Notes: generated by a model not told the origin, from the letters alone. 64,000 nt of DNA from Eledone cirrhosa (GCA_964016885.1 OZ024744.1:50840001-50904000); one strand, 5' to 3'. Shown: positions 1 through 12,942, counted from the first letter of the stretch. Translations and numbers: made by a program.

Positions 1-529
1 TTGGCCTGTTCCCCCCCTTTTGGAACTTTCCCCCGTTGATGGGCGTGAGCCCGAAATATTAGGATTAAATCTCCACTACGGTAACCCTTCTACCTTTGTT
101 TTGTTTTCATCTTTGTCTCTCTCAATTTTCACTTTCACCTGTTTCTCCTATCTATCATTCACTTCCTACCTCGAGATTTCCCTCTGCATTGTTGTGGCTT
201 TCTTAACTACGTATTTTATAAATATATATATATGTATGTATATATATATATGTATGTATATAAATATATATATATGTATGTATATATATATATATATATA
301 AATATATATATATGTATGTATATATATATATATATGTATATAAATATATATATATGTATGTATGTATATAAATATACATATATGTATGTATATATATATG
401 TGTGTATATAAATATATATATATATGTATGTATATATATATATGTGTATGTATGTATATAAATATATGTATATATGTGTGTATGTATATGTATACGTTAA
501 ACGGTGATGATGATATATATATATATATC

Positions 530-668
530 AGTCCAGAATTAGCTGTCAAAACGGCTTGAGCTCAGCCGTCGGGGTCCTACTCATTCCTATTACCCACTCT
601 ACTACCCTAAGTATTGAGTACTTTGGTGCGATATGGTCCACCTGGTTCCTTACCACATTTCCTTCGTT
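530..668 (+). mobile_element. Short repeat in TA/CA microsatellite carrying a hammerhead 3' half (probable PLE pLTR remnant), copy 1
   Basis: Homologous to 4580-4716 (direct) and 4296-4432 (inverted). Contains AGCTGTC-AAAA-CGGCT..AGCCG-TC-GGGGTCC. Confidence 0.6.
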
Positions 669-929
669 ATATATATATATATATATATAGGTATATAAGT
701 ATATATGCATATAGATATATATATGCATATATATGTATGTGTATATTTATATATGTAGTTATGTGTATATGTATATTTGTATATATATATATATGTGTGT
801 GTGTATATATATGTGTATATGTATATGTGTGTGAATACGTATATATATGTGTGTATATGTATATTTGTTGTGTGTATATATATTTATGTGTGTGTGTGTA
901 TATATGTATATTGGTATGTATATATATGT

Positions 930-3900
930 GTGTATATAATAAAATGAAAATATTGTGTACAGTGCTCAGGTGCACTACAACTCATCAAAAGTGTATGTAT
1001 AGTACATAGGGTAATGTACAAACATCAGGAAAATGAACAGTGCATGAGTCATGATATACACGTGTGCATGTGTATGGAAGGGGGACATCAGGTGTAGTTT
1101 GGGCGAATTTCGGGAAGCATGAGGGTTTTAAAGGAAGCTGTGTCTCGGCAGCTAACAACTGACGCAGGCAGTTTGTTCCATGCTTCAGCAACTCTAAGCA
1201 TGAAAAAATGTTTCCGAAAGTCATGGGAGCTGTGCTGTTTTCTGACTTTGTAGGCAAGTCTACGTGTGTTAGACACATGGAGATCAAAAAGGTGCTCAGG
1301 GTTGTTTTTGGCGAGATGGTTAATAACTTTGTGGGTGTTTACCAAGTCCATTGCCAGACGTCGGAGCTTCAATGAATGCATGCCCAGGGAAGCAAGGCGT
1401 TCAGAGTATGGTAGGTGTTTGATGGAGGGTATGCACCAGGAGGTCAATGTTCTGAACAAGATAGGGGTTCCAGACTGATGATGCGAATTCCAAGTGTGGT
1501 CGTACCATAGCTGTATACAGCTTTAAATAGATGGCTGGAGAGCGGCTAACAAAGGTCTTGTTGAGTGATGTCAAGATACCCTCGGCGTTCTTGACAATCT
1601 TAGAGACATGCTTTGTCCAACGCAAATCGCTGCTGACAGTAATGCCCAGGTCACGTTCACAAGAGGACTTCTTGATATCAGTGTTGTAGAGGGAGTATGT
1701 GGACGCTGGATTTTTTCCTCCCAAAATGCATGGTGCTACACTTGTCCACAGCCAGTCTGTGATCTATTGTTGCATTGTGTCCAGGTCTGATTGTAGGAAA
1801 GAGTTATAGATTTCAGGATCTGTCCTTTTGATTTCAAGGTACAGCTTGATGTCATCTGCATATTTCAGTACCGTGGCATTCTTTAAGTTGGCATCTATGT
1901 CATTATTGTATGCAATAAACAAAAGGGACCAAGAACAGATCCCTGTGGTACACCAGATGACATCTCATATGGTGAAGAATGCTGTCCTAGAACCGTGACT
2001 ACCTCTTTTCGGCTGAGAATGAAGGATTTCAATCAGTTGAAAAGATCATCCTTCACACCCATTGCAGAGAGTTTCGCCATAAGTCTTGTGTGGCACAGAA
2101 TTAAAAGCCTTAGTGAAGTCAAGGTAAACAGCATCCACCCATGTGCCGCTGTCAGTGATCCGGGTAATGTCTTCAAGGAACTCGATAAGCTGATCACAGC
2201 AGCTGGAGTTAGGGATAAATCCAAATTGCGAAGGCCGGATGAGGCTGTGGGAGCTCCAAAAGTTCCAAAGTGTTTCTCTGACACAGGATTCCATCAGTTT
2301 GGCAATACAGCTAGTAAGACTCACTGGACGATAGTTGACAGGTGATGTGCGGTCGCCCTTTTTGAACAGGGGAATGACACTGGCAGTTTTCCACTGCTCC
2401 GGAGTAGCACCATTGTTGAGACAGTATTGAAAGAAGAAAGAAAGCTGGCGCAAAAGGAAATACCCGCCACGTTTGAGAAGCAGGTATGTAACACTATCAA
2501 GACCAGGGGAGGCATAGTTGCGCTTATTCTTAAGTTGACGTCGCAGCATTGCAGGTGTAAATTCCATAGTTGTTATGGAATTTGATGTTAGAGATGGTGA
2601 GATGGTACATTCTGGTTTTCAACAGTAAAAATGTTTGCATAGCACTCAGCAATGAGTTCTGCGCATTCTTTGGGATCATCAGTGATCTGGCTTGTGTGGG
2701 GATTGCGAAGAAGACCAACTGGAGAGTGAGGTCTCTGCTTTTAATGTACATATTTCCAGAACACCTTACTGTCAGGATTGGTTGCTTTGCCCTATTCAAA
2801 TTCAAGTACTGCCTTTTTTGTCACTTGCTTGAGATGGTTGGAAGATTTATTCCACTTTTTTCTGTTGGCATCTGATTTATGCAGTTTATATTCCCGTTCA
2901 GCATTCTGACGTTCTTTCCTGGCAAGTCGGACCACTGAAGTTTCCCAAATTGCACTTTTGGGGTGGTTTTTTTTCTGCTTACGTGGCACTGATGCTGCAC
3001 ACACTATCCATATTGAGTCCAAGATGCTCTGGAGTATAGTGTTCACATCTCCAGAGTTATAGAACTCATGCCAGTTTGGGCGCTGTAGCTCAGTGCAGTA
3101 CAAGTTCCAATCTGCTTTCTTCCAATCAAAGCAAGCAGATTGGAGATGGTTCTGGATTTTGTTGCTGCCCGCAAGAGCCAGATTGTCAATGATCATAGCA
3201 TGATCAGAGTTGCCTAGAGGTTCCTCAGTAGTACAACTGATAACCACTTCAGGAGTAGTGGGGAAGAGCAGGTCCAAAGTGTTGTCACCTCTTGTTGAGA
3301 GGTGACTACTTGTGACCAGTTTGAGTCCAGCACTAACTCAAGGAAATCGTTTTCACTTTGTGGCCAACAGAAGGTTTCCCAATCGATCTCAGGACGATTG
3401 AAGTCACCTGCAATAAACACATCAGTGGCTGTTTTCCTGGCAGCAGTTCTGAGGATATCGCAAAGATGTATGTCCTGATGGTAGTTTGGGGGCGATAAAC
3501 AACACCAAGCAGAAGTGTTGACATGGTTATACGTATGTCACAGAAAAAAACTTCTTCTTGTGATTCGTTCAAATCAGTGCAAGGAATTACCGAAAAATTT
3601 GAACGAATGTAGACCATCACACCACCACCACGGCGATTAATGCGGTCCTTGCGGAACAGGTTGTACCCAGTAATGCTGAAAACCCCATCATAGAGTAAGG
3701 AATATGCCCATGTTTCCGTGACTGTGATGAAGTCAGGTCGATGCTTTTGACGTAGGAGTTAAACAGATGTATCTTGTTGCATAAACTGCAAGCATTTAAG
3801 GACAACAATTTGTACCCTGCTTGCAGTTTATGATGGTGTGTAGTGGATGGCAGGTTGTTCTGGTTTAGTTTCCCAGAGTTGTTGCAGTTTTTTTATTGCT

Positions 3901-4280
3901 AGTTATTGTGGGTAGAGCACACTCAGACCAGCTGGTATCTCTCTTCCACGTTTTACCAGCCTTAACAAATCTCCAGATCTCCCCATCATCACACAGACTA
4001 AAACTTTCATGTTGTGCTGAGTTCCGATTCAAGGAAGCTGCAGCACATAGCTTGGATGTACATCAGGTGGTAGGCCTGGGCGTGTTCGGAAGGTAATCCA
4101 ATTTTCACGCCCAGCTTTAACAGAAGCCAGATGATATGAAATTGCTTCAGTGGGGTCCGAAAAAGACAGCCTGATGAGTCTGGGTTTTGGACCAGGTCGA
4201 CCAAGGCGGAGAGCACCCTTTGGTGCTGAGCTGTCAGCAAATGCCTGAAGATCAGCCTTGTCTTCTGGTACCCCAATGGC
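930..4280 (-). mobile_element. Decayed CR1-clade LINE (ORF1 remnant plus APE-RT ORF2)
   Basis: Frameshifted minus-strand ORFs with APE motifs (AGDFN.P.IDW, SDH) and RT motifs (NYRPVSLTS, DAVYLDFTKAF, VPQGSVL, YADDIK, ERDLG). CR1 C-terminus LYTAMVRPHLEFAS.VWNP and WNKLP is present. Confidence 0.92.
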
Positions 4281-4295
4281 AATATATATATATAT

Positions 4296-4490
4296 CAGAA
4301 TGGAAGCAGAATAGATGCAGTAAAAACCAGTTAGACCATTACTCACCACAGTACTTTATACTTGCGGTAGTAGTGTGGGAAATATGAAAAATGTGGGACC
4401 CCAACGGCTGAGCTCCTGCCGTTTCAACAGCTTCATTCAGATCCAGCTGTTGAAACGGTAGGAGCTCAGCCATCCAGGTCCCAAACTTTT
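4296..4490. mobile_element. Fold-back copy of the same short repeat family (palindrome 4394-4483)
   Basis: 27-bp near-perfect arms GGCTGAGCTCCTGCCGTTTCAACAGCT / AGCTGTTGAAACGGTAGGAGCTCAGCC around a 12-nt loop, flanked by (TA)n. Confidence 0.65.
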
Positions 4491-4579
4491 CGTAAATGTA
4501 TATATATATGTGTATATACATATATATGTGTGTGCATTTTCATAAATGTATGTATATATATGTGTGTGTGTGCGCGCGT

Positions 4580-4716
4580 TCAGATCTAGCTGTCAAAATG
4601 GCTGGAGCTCAGCCGTTGGGGGTCCTGACTCTTTTCCTATTACCCACTCTACTACATTAAGTATCGAGCACTCTGGTTCGTTATGGTCCACTTGGTTTCT
4701 TACCACAGCCTCTTTG
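4580..4716 (+). mobile_element. Short repeat family, copy 3
   Basis: Aligns by eye to 530-668. Confidence 0.65.
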
Positions 4717-4717
4717 T

Positions 4718-4748
<31 letters not shown>

Positions 4749-7139
4749 AGACAGAGAGAGAGAGACGAATAGATATATCCTTATCACACAGCCTAGTTCT
4801 GTGATTATTTATCGAAACCCATAAAAACAAAAATGTTCTGAAACCAAGATTAATTATTCCTCTGTGAGGAATTAAAATACATTAGAAATGTACCTAATTC
4901 AATTCATGGTAAGGAGGGTAAACAATAAATAAATAAACTAATATACTGAATTCAAAATTAAATATGCTAATTTTCTTTGTTTTATATATGTTTTGTTTTG
5001 GGTGTTTTTTTATTATTATTATGATCCGTAATGTTCATTTAAGTGCATTCATAATGAATATTTTTTAACATTTTTTTGTTACCATATTTCTAATGAAATT
5101 TACTGTACTGCGATTAATTAATTAGCAATATCTGAGTGATTTACTAAAATTATTAATTATTTATTTAAGATAGTTGCTTAACTTACTCTGAACAAAATGT
5201 TTTCATATAAAATTATGTTGGGTGGTTTTGTTTCGGGCAGGGTTTACAATCAAGAGTTAATATAATCGTTGATATGTTAGTACCAATTAGTACTAATTTT
5301 ATTGTAATTTTATATTTTCTTACCCCATCTAACTTATTGGTTTGTTAGAAATAATAGCCAAATCACTTTCAAATTACTCTATACAGTTACAGTTGTTCTT
5401 AAACTTTTTGTTTATCCTTGTCCATTGCAGTACCTTAAAGTGTTCTCCCCACTTTTAATATCAAATATGTTTGGGTATAAAGAGAAATAGGAAAATTTAG
5501 AAAAATTATTTGCATTGCAAAACCCCCACATCCTTTTCTGTGCAGTGTGTGTCACATTCTCAAACTCACTGGACTATTGTCTTTAAAAAAAGTCAAAATG
5601 CTTTAGATAGTATAGCCCAAGATACTATGTCTGAATAAAAGACAGGATGATCATAGCTGGAACATCTTTCATCATAAGTCTACTATCATAGATCAAGACT
5701 GACTTGGGGCTAAACAACAACAATGACAAGAAAGGACACATTAAATAATATGGTCCTAGATACACTATGCCTAAATATAAGGTGATATTGTCATAAGTGG
5801 AACATATTAGATAACAGGTCTACTGAATCAGGGCTAACATGGGGCTAAACAACAACTATAGCCACTTATGCTAACTACTATTCTATATATTAGATAATGT
5901 TATCCTAGATACACTGTGTCTTAATAATAGACAAGGATGGTCATAGATAGAGAGCCTTTGATCATAGATATACTGGATTTTGACTACTCTGGGGCTAAAC
6001 AACATTAACTACAGCATCTATGTTTTCCTGTGTGATTGCAAGTTGTATAGGCTAACCAATTCAACAGTTGTCTAAGGAAATCATTAAAGAATTTGTTCCC
6101 AACCCTTTCACTACTAAACACTCTTTTTATTTAAAGAAATCTTCTCACTGCTCGATCAATCAACAAAATATGACTACCAACTTGGGAGGAATTCATTAAA
6201 TCAGACCAAGCAAACAGTGTTTCCATTGGTTTTTCCATTGCTGATACTATCTACCGGTCACAGGAAAGGCAATGTGAAATAAAGTGCCTTGCCTGGTCTG
6301 GGAATCGAACTTGCAACTTGACGATTGCGAATCCAATTCTCTAACCACTAAGCCACACCTTTATTAAAGTGTTCAAATATAAATTTAAGCCTCAGACTAA
6401 AATCTCATTATTATATGGCAAATATTAGATATCAGTAGTTAAATATTTGTCTTTTATTATTAAGCTGAGATTAGTTTTTTTCACTAAAGCTCATAATTCT
6501 TGGTTGTTTTGTTAGTTAAAATATGAAGGCTGTATATTCTTGTTAGAAATATGGTCCAAAGGGTTAAATGAATTTTTCCACAGACCTCAGTTTATTTTTA
6601 CCAACCTTATCATAAGTAATTATACATACAATATACAGTAATCACTTGAAATTATTACCTCAGCTTATTTGTGGACTCCTAATAGTTTATAAACCTCAGG
6701 TTGGGAGTCACTAGTTTAACTCTTTTATAAATGTATTTCCAATGAGATACACTCTATTTCAATTAATCAATGAAGAATTTTGAGGGATTTACTAAAATCA
6801 TTAATCATTTCATTACTAAGACAGTACCTTAACATTATTTTTGAAATTTTTTATTATAAACATGAACCCTTTAAAATGGAGTGTTTTGTTTCATGGAACC
6901 TAACTTGGGTTGGGCTGGGTAAGAATCAAAAAGGTTAAGGACATTTTAAAATCTACTTTTATATTTGTGGAATATGTCCTTCTAGGGCTTACAGCATATC
7001 ATAGGGCTAAATGTTTTATAGTAGAGTAATTATAGCTTCATCCCTCTAAGTTCAATTTCTGCCTTGTATTTCTATAACCTCCACCAGCAGCAATGAAACA
7101 TGTGTACCAGGTGTATACTTGGAAATAGATTTACTAAAC

Positions 7140-7288
<149 letters not shown>

Positions 7289-7681
7289 CGTGTATATATA
7301 TTCTCCTCTATCTCTTTCTTCGACAATGTACGAAATTGGAAATGTTCTTGCGTATTTTTTTTTCTATTTCTTTTTGTAGTTGCTTATTAACACCAATAGC
7401 TACTAACACACTATAATGCTGTAGGCATGTTACTTGTAGTGATGTTGGTAATGGTGTGTACAGGTTTGGTTGTAGTGGTGGTTGCAGTATCTTTGCTTTA
7501 TGAGTATCTTAGTTATGGTGATGGTTGTAATATTTTTTATAAATTTGTGTATTTTCTTTTCATTCATTTTTCTTTTATATATATATATACACACATGATG
7601 ATGGTGCTGTGTATGTATACACATGCTTATGTACGGGGAAATGTGTACTGTACATAAGCATATGTATGTGTGTATGTGTAT

Positions 7682-7894
7682 AAATGCTTAGAAAATGTAG
7701 AAAATAACTGTGAACACAGCTCAAAAATCTAGTAAAATACTCCTCTAGATGGAAAAAGTAGTTAGCAGCTGCTACAGAGAATTGAACTCTGCTGGTCACT
7801 TTTTCCACCTATAGGAGTATTTTACTTCATTTTCTAAAGCTGTATTCACAGCTATTTCCCTGCATTTGAGATTTTCTATATTTTCTAAGCATTT
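7682..7894. mobile_element. Imperfect fold-back palindrome (MITE-like)
   Basis: AAATGCTTAGAAAAT...AGTAAAATACTCCTCTAGATGGAAAAAGT pairs with ACTTTTTCCACCTATAGGAGTATTTTACT...ATTTTCTAAGCATTT. Confidence 0.65.
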
Positions 7895-8223
7895 CAACTC
7901 TCCAATGTTTATATATATATATCCCACTGTGAAATTATAATTATGTTACCTATGTAACATTATTTGATTTTACCCACTATGAAAAATATATACTCCCCAA
8001 ATTACCCAAAATATGCCAGATAACATGCTAGTAGTAATAAAAATAATGATATGGTCAGTTTACACTGCTAACGACTATCACCACCACCACCACCATATAC
8101 ACTGGTCTTCTGCCTGTTAAAAAAGAATATAATTTGTAAATGTTTTTTTTTTTAAACAAGGATTGTTAAATATGATGATTTTTCTTTTTTAAATATAACT
8201 TATATACATGAATATGTTTATAT

Positions 8224-8460
8224 ATATATAAGAAGAAATTAAAAGATGGTTAAAAAAGTTCCATGTATTTTATTATGCGCATTTCAAAAACAAATATCAT
8301 CCAGGGACGATATTTGCGTTCTCATCAGATAAAATCGGGAGACATGATATGAAGCTTAAAAAAACACTTGTGAGCAAGGTAGTGTCTAATCAACATATGG
8401 AATGCGCATAATAAAATACATGGAACTTTTTTAACCATCTTTTAATTTCTTCTTATATAT
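8224..8460. mobile_element. Fold-back element in (TA)n with perfect 53-bp inverted arms (PLE pLTR-like)
   Basis: 8231-8283 is the exact reverse complement of 8401-8453; both ends run into TA repeats. Confidence 0.8.
8267..8335 (-). ncRNA. Minimal type I hammerhead ribozyme motif
   Basis: Minus strand reads AUUUUAU-CUGAUGA-[GAACGCAAAUAUCGUCC CU GGAUGAUAUUUGUUUUU]-GAAA-UGCGCA-UA-AUAAAAU. This gives a 7-bp stem I, a long stem II, a palindromic stem III and an AUA cleavage triplet. Confidence 0.8.
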
Positions 8461-9326
8461 ACTCCAGTCCAATAAACTGTTGAGTGCTACTTATCTGATA
8501 TTTGCATTGCTTTATTGTGCTACAATAAAACTCACCTCCTACATATATATATATATATATATATACATACATGTGTGTGTATATGTGTGTGTGTGTATAT
8601 GTGTGTGTGTGTATATGTGTATGTGTGTGTGAGACACACATGTCATGCAAGTAATATGTATACATAAAAATGTTATATTAGTATTTTTTACAAATGTAAT
8701 TGTTATATATTTTAATAACTCATGTATATTTCATATGTTATACAAAACATGCTGTATATGTATGTATGCATAAATATATGTATATACATACATGTGTTTA
8801 TGTGAGTGCTTTAAATCTGCATGTATGCATATAGTTTTATAGTTATATATTAATGATATTTCACATTATGTAGGCTACCTTCTGCTTTCATATCTGAACA
8901 TATCATTTTATTGGAAATAATACATCCCTACATCTGCTCGGCCTTCCAATGGCATAAATGATTACAAATGACTGATTACTAAATTTGTAAACATTAAGGC
9001 CTGATCAGATGTACAGACATGTATATATAACATGATAGGAGTGGGGGGCCCCCATCATTAAAACACCTGAGAAACCATATGTGTGATACAACCTAATATG
9101 AGCTAAACCTACATAGGTGTGGGTTGTAACAAGAACATTATAGGACCGAGGACCCTATCATTAGAACACTTAAGAAATCTCCTGTGAGATGCAACCTTGT
9201 AGGAGACCAACTAAACCTACATAGGTATAAGATGTAAATTTCATTTGATTTCAGAGTAAGCTAAAACATCAATTTCCTTTCCTCTTCTCTTTTCCTCTCA
9301 TTATCATTGTTGTTTCTTCCTTGTAG

Positions 9327-9504
9327 ACTCCCATGATGTTCAGCAGTGTACAAGATGACCTTTGTATGCTAATGAAGTTCCTCTCCAACTCCCCAATCAC
9401 CCACGTTGCTGCCAACACTCACCCAATGGTTCCAACTCCGGCAGTAATCACCATTACCTGCAACCATAACTTTGCAGTTAACAAATGGAATACAAACTAC
9501 CAAC
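9327..9504 (+). CDS. NBEA: Neurobeachin/LRBA-like coding exon (first in window; post-BEACH linker)
   Basis: ttgtag|ACT...CAAC|gtaagt. Translates TPMMFSSVQDDLCMLMKFLSNSPITHVAANTHPMVPTPAVITITCNHNFAVNKWNTNYQ, matching the neurobeachin/LRBA motif SPLMF..KFPSNSPVTHVAANT..PAVVTVTC..FAVNRW. Ends in phase 1. Confidence 0.95.
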
Positions 9505-9545
9505 GTAAGTATACATGATTTGGCAGGTATTAAAATGGTAGTGTT

Positions 9546-9925
9546 GGTGCCACAATAAAATGCGCCAGCTACTTTCTGTAAATTAGTAATACTAGTGCCT
9601 CAATAAAATACACACAGTACACTCTGTAAAATGGTATTGCTGGTGTCCCAATACAATTTACCTAGTACATTCTAAAGTATTAGTACTGGTTCTACAATAC
9701 ACTACACCCAGTACGCTCTGTAAATTGGTATTAATGGTGCACCAATACAATATACCTTGTAGACTCTGTAAAGTATTAGTACTGGTGCTACAATAAACTA
9801 CACCCAGTACACTCTGTAAAGAGTTAGTTCTGGTTCTACAATAAACCACTCATATTCTGTAAAGTGCTATTGCTTGTGCCACAACACATTACACTCAGTA
9901 AATTCTGTAAAGTGCTAGTGTTAAT
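9546..9925 (+). repeat. 48-bp degenerate tandem repeat (~8 copies)
   Basis: GGT-starting units at 9688, 9736, 9784 and 9832. Core CACCCAGTACACTCTGTAAAG resembles the SINE/RTE tail segment at 32174-32195. Confidence 0.8.
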
Positions 9926-10027
9926 GCACTAGGATGCTGGCCTTGTGCCAAAGGTAGAAACAATTATTATTAATATTTGTTGCATTTGTTATGTTAATGT
10001 CACAATATTTTACTATCATCTGTTTAG

Positions 10028-10108
10028 AGCAAGGAACACCAACAAGTTTCTCTTCTGACAAACATGAAAAAGATGCTGAACTTCCAGTTCTTATGGATCA
10101 TCTGTTTG
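10028..10108 (+). CDS. NBEA: Neurobeachin/LRBA-like coding exon
   Basis: tttag|AG...TTTG|gtaag, 81 nt, phase 1-1. QQGTPTSFSSDKHEKDAELPVLMDHLF corresponds to the LPIEMDPLI segment. Confidence 0.88.
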
Positions 10109-10614
10109 GTAAGTTTCAATAACTTTTAAAACCCCTTGAGGCTTATCATACCAATTCACATAATCCCCCCCCCCCTTCTGCTTCTATGATACAAAACTGT
10201 TTTTAAAGACCTTCAATCATAATTTTATGTAAGAACCTTTGTTAAGTTTTGTTCTAAAAACCTGCTTGCTAAATCCATCCAATTATTCATTATTTTCAAA
10301 ACCATAGGCAGTCTTTCATTAGAAATATTGTAATGAAAGGGTTAAAGAATCCCTTATTTATTTTTTTCTTGCAACCCAAGACAGTGAATTGACAGTTTTT
10401 AGAGCATCAGATTAAATATCTTGACATTTGCACTAGCTCTCTTCACCCTGAGTTCAAATCCCAGCAATTCCAATTCTGTGTTTCTATCTCCCCTGGTTTA
10501 ATAAATAAGATAAAGTACCAGTTCATGGTGGTGAATTGTTAGAATTGTTAGAGATGCCTTGAAGTGATTGTTCCAGCTCATAGTTCTTTGAGTTAAAATC
10601 TTGCTGTGGCAGAT

Positions 10615-10822
10615 TTGGGTGATAGACTTAATACGTCACCTGGTTTAACACCACTATCCGGTCCTTGGGTATCTGGAGTCCACCCTGTTGTTAGGTGGTA
10701 GACTTAATACATCACCTGGTTTAACACCACTATCTGGTCCTTGGGTATCTTTAGTGGAGTCCACCCTGTTGTTAGGTGATAGACTTAATACATCACCTGG
10801 TTTAACACCACTATCTGGTCAC
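10615..10822 (+). repeat. ~80-bp tandem duplication (about 2.5 copies)
   Basis: TAGACTTAATACATCACCTGGTTTAACACCACTATC recurs three times. Confidence 0.85.
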
Positions 10823-11214
10823 CCTGTTACAAACATTCAGATGATGGTTTAAGATTATCTTGTCTCTAATCAGTCTCAAAAGCCCTGAAAAGTGTTGTGT
10901 TCACACCCTTTCTCTCTTGACAAAACTGTAAAAGAACCAGAAAGAATAAACTTTGAAACACCAGACTAAACTTCCTTCCGTCCCTTTCATTTTGGCAGGT
11001 CTTTTTCTGTTCCTAATTACATGTCCAATTCTATGTTTTCATCTCTATACACACTATCTCTCTACCTTTCTGTTGTTGGCGTCAATGTTGAATTTTTAAA
11101 AAAGCTGATATGGCAGTTTCATTTAGATATCTAGTTGACTTGATCTTCACTGTTTGCTGCTTATTGTTGGTATCAACCCACCTAGCTATAGATAGATATC
11201 ACTGGGATATATCT

Positions 11215-11952
11215 ACAGCAGTTTGGTGACACCCTCTACAGTTTGGTGACACCTACTTCAGCTTGGTGACACCCTCTACAGTTTGGTGACACCCACTTCA
11301 GTTTGGTGACACTCTCTACAGTTTGGTGACACCCACTGCAGTTTGGTGACACCCACTTCAGCTTGGTGACACCTACTTCAGTTTGGTGACACCTACTTCA
11401 GTTTGGTGACACCCACTTCAGTTTGGTGACACCTACTTCAGTTTGGTGACACCCACTGCAGTTTGGTGACACCCACTTCAGCTTGTTGACACCTACTTCA
11501 GTTTGGTGACACTCACTGCAGTTTGGTGACACCTACTTCAGTTTGATGACACCTACTTCAGTTTGGTGACACCCACTGCAGTTTGGTGACACCCACTTCA
11601 GCTTGTTGACACCTACTTCAGTTTGGTGACACTCACTGCAGTTTGGTGACACCCACTTCAGCTTGTTGACACCTACTTCAGTTTGGTGACACTCACTGCA
11701 GTTTGGTGACACCTACTTCAGTTTGGTGACACCTACTTCAGTTTGGTGACACCCTCTCAGGTTAGATGATATGCACTATAGTTTGTTGTCATCAACTATA
11801 TTTCGGTGATGCCCACTTAAGTTTCTTTAGTTTGGAAATGCCCACTATAGTTAAGTGACACTTTCTTTAGTTTGGTGACACCCACTATAGTTAAGTGACA
11901 CTTTCTTTAGTTTGGTGACACCCACTATAGTTTGGTGACACCCACTATAGTA
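11215..11952 (+). repeat. 20-bp minisatellite GTTTGGTGACACCCACTTCA
   Basis: About 27 regular copies to ~11760, then degenerate copies. Confidence 0.95.
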
Positions 11953-12614
11953 TAATGTCTCTATTATTTCAATGTATGACAGTGTAACATGACACTTTCC
12001 TGTGAAGATATTGATCACTGTTAACCTGACAAACTCAATAATAGTTTCCACTAAATCAGTTGAGAGAGGGGGTGGGGCAGTTTTATAGACTGAACTGACC
12101 CATTCTTATGTTTTGATCTCAACAGCTTTTACATTAGACATGGATTTATTATGATTAACGACCTAAAGAGCCAGTGAGGTTATTGAGTGCAGCATGTCAC
12201 TTTTGTGTATGTCAGTTGAACCTTGGTGGCTGATTTCCTTTCTTACTCTGGAACTACAGAATTCTGTTACACAAAAATAACTTGCTGTCACTTCTGATTA
12301 TTATTATTATTATTGTTGTTGTTATCTTCTTATTACCAACAATAATTACACCATTGTTTATTGGGTGGCACCTTGAGAAAGTATCTTATACTGTAGCTTC
12401 AGGGTGAACAATACATTGTGGGTAGAATTTGGTAGATGGAAACTGAGCGGAAGCCCATCATATATTTATCTATCTGTCTATCTATCTATCCGCATATAAG
12501 ATGGCCGACTGAATATGCATCTGTTCTTTTTTCCTCCCCAATTTTTTTTCTCATTTTCCACATTCCTTTCTCATATCACTCTTTACTTTCTATTTATCTT
12601 CTATTTCTAACTCT

Positions 12615-12652
12615 GTCTTCTGATGAATGACTAGTGTCCAAAACATTAAGTC
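12615..12652 (+). ncRNA. Degenerate minimal hammerhead motif
   Basis: GUCUU-CUGAUGA-A-UGAC UAGU GUCC-AAAA-CA-UU-AAGUC. The GAAA box and stem III carry changes consistent with CpG decay. Confidence 0.4.
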
Positions 12653-12786
12653 TCTCTTCCTGCTATTTCAAGTGTTAAATTAATATATTTCTTCCATGTA
12701 CTGTGCTGTTTGTTTTGTTATTTGTGTGTGTGTGTATTTATGTATATATATACATGTACATGTATATGTATTGTTTTGTTTTGTAG

Positions 12787-12942
12787 CTCAAAATACTGGT
12801 TTACATCGAAGGACTCTCGGAGACAACTTTGACCAACGACTCAAAGTTACTCACTCCAGTTTTGTTACTACAGCAGATAACAGGTTCATTTTTGCTTGTG
12901 GATTTTGGGATAAAAGTTTCCGTATCTTTGCTACTGATTCTG
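12787..12942 (+). CDS. NBEA: Neurobeachin/LRBA-like coding exon (WD40 region)
   Basis: ttgtag|CT...TCTG|gtaatt, 156 nt, phase 1-1. AQNTGLHRRTLGDNFDQRLKVTHSSFVTTADNRFIFACGFWDKSFRIFATDS carries the diagnostic TADNR..CGFWDKSFR motif. Confidence 0.96.

Noticed and set aside
530-4716. Direct repeats at 530-668 and 4580-4716 as LTRs of the enclosed RT element
   Set aside because: The enclosed element is an APE-type CR1 LINE. The repeats are diverged, separated from it by microsatellites, and lack TG..CA, PBS and PPT.
11215-11952. CRISPR-like appearance of regular short repeats (also 26350-27505 and 61722-64000)
   Set aside because: Units are head-to-tail with no unique spacers, there are no cas genes, and the context is eukaryotic.
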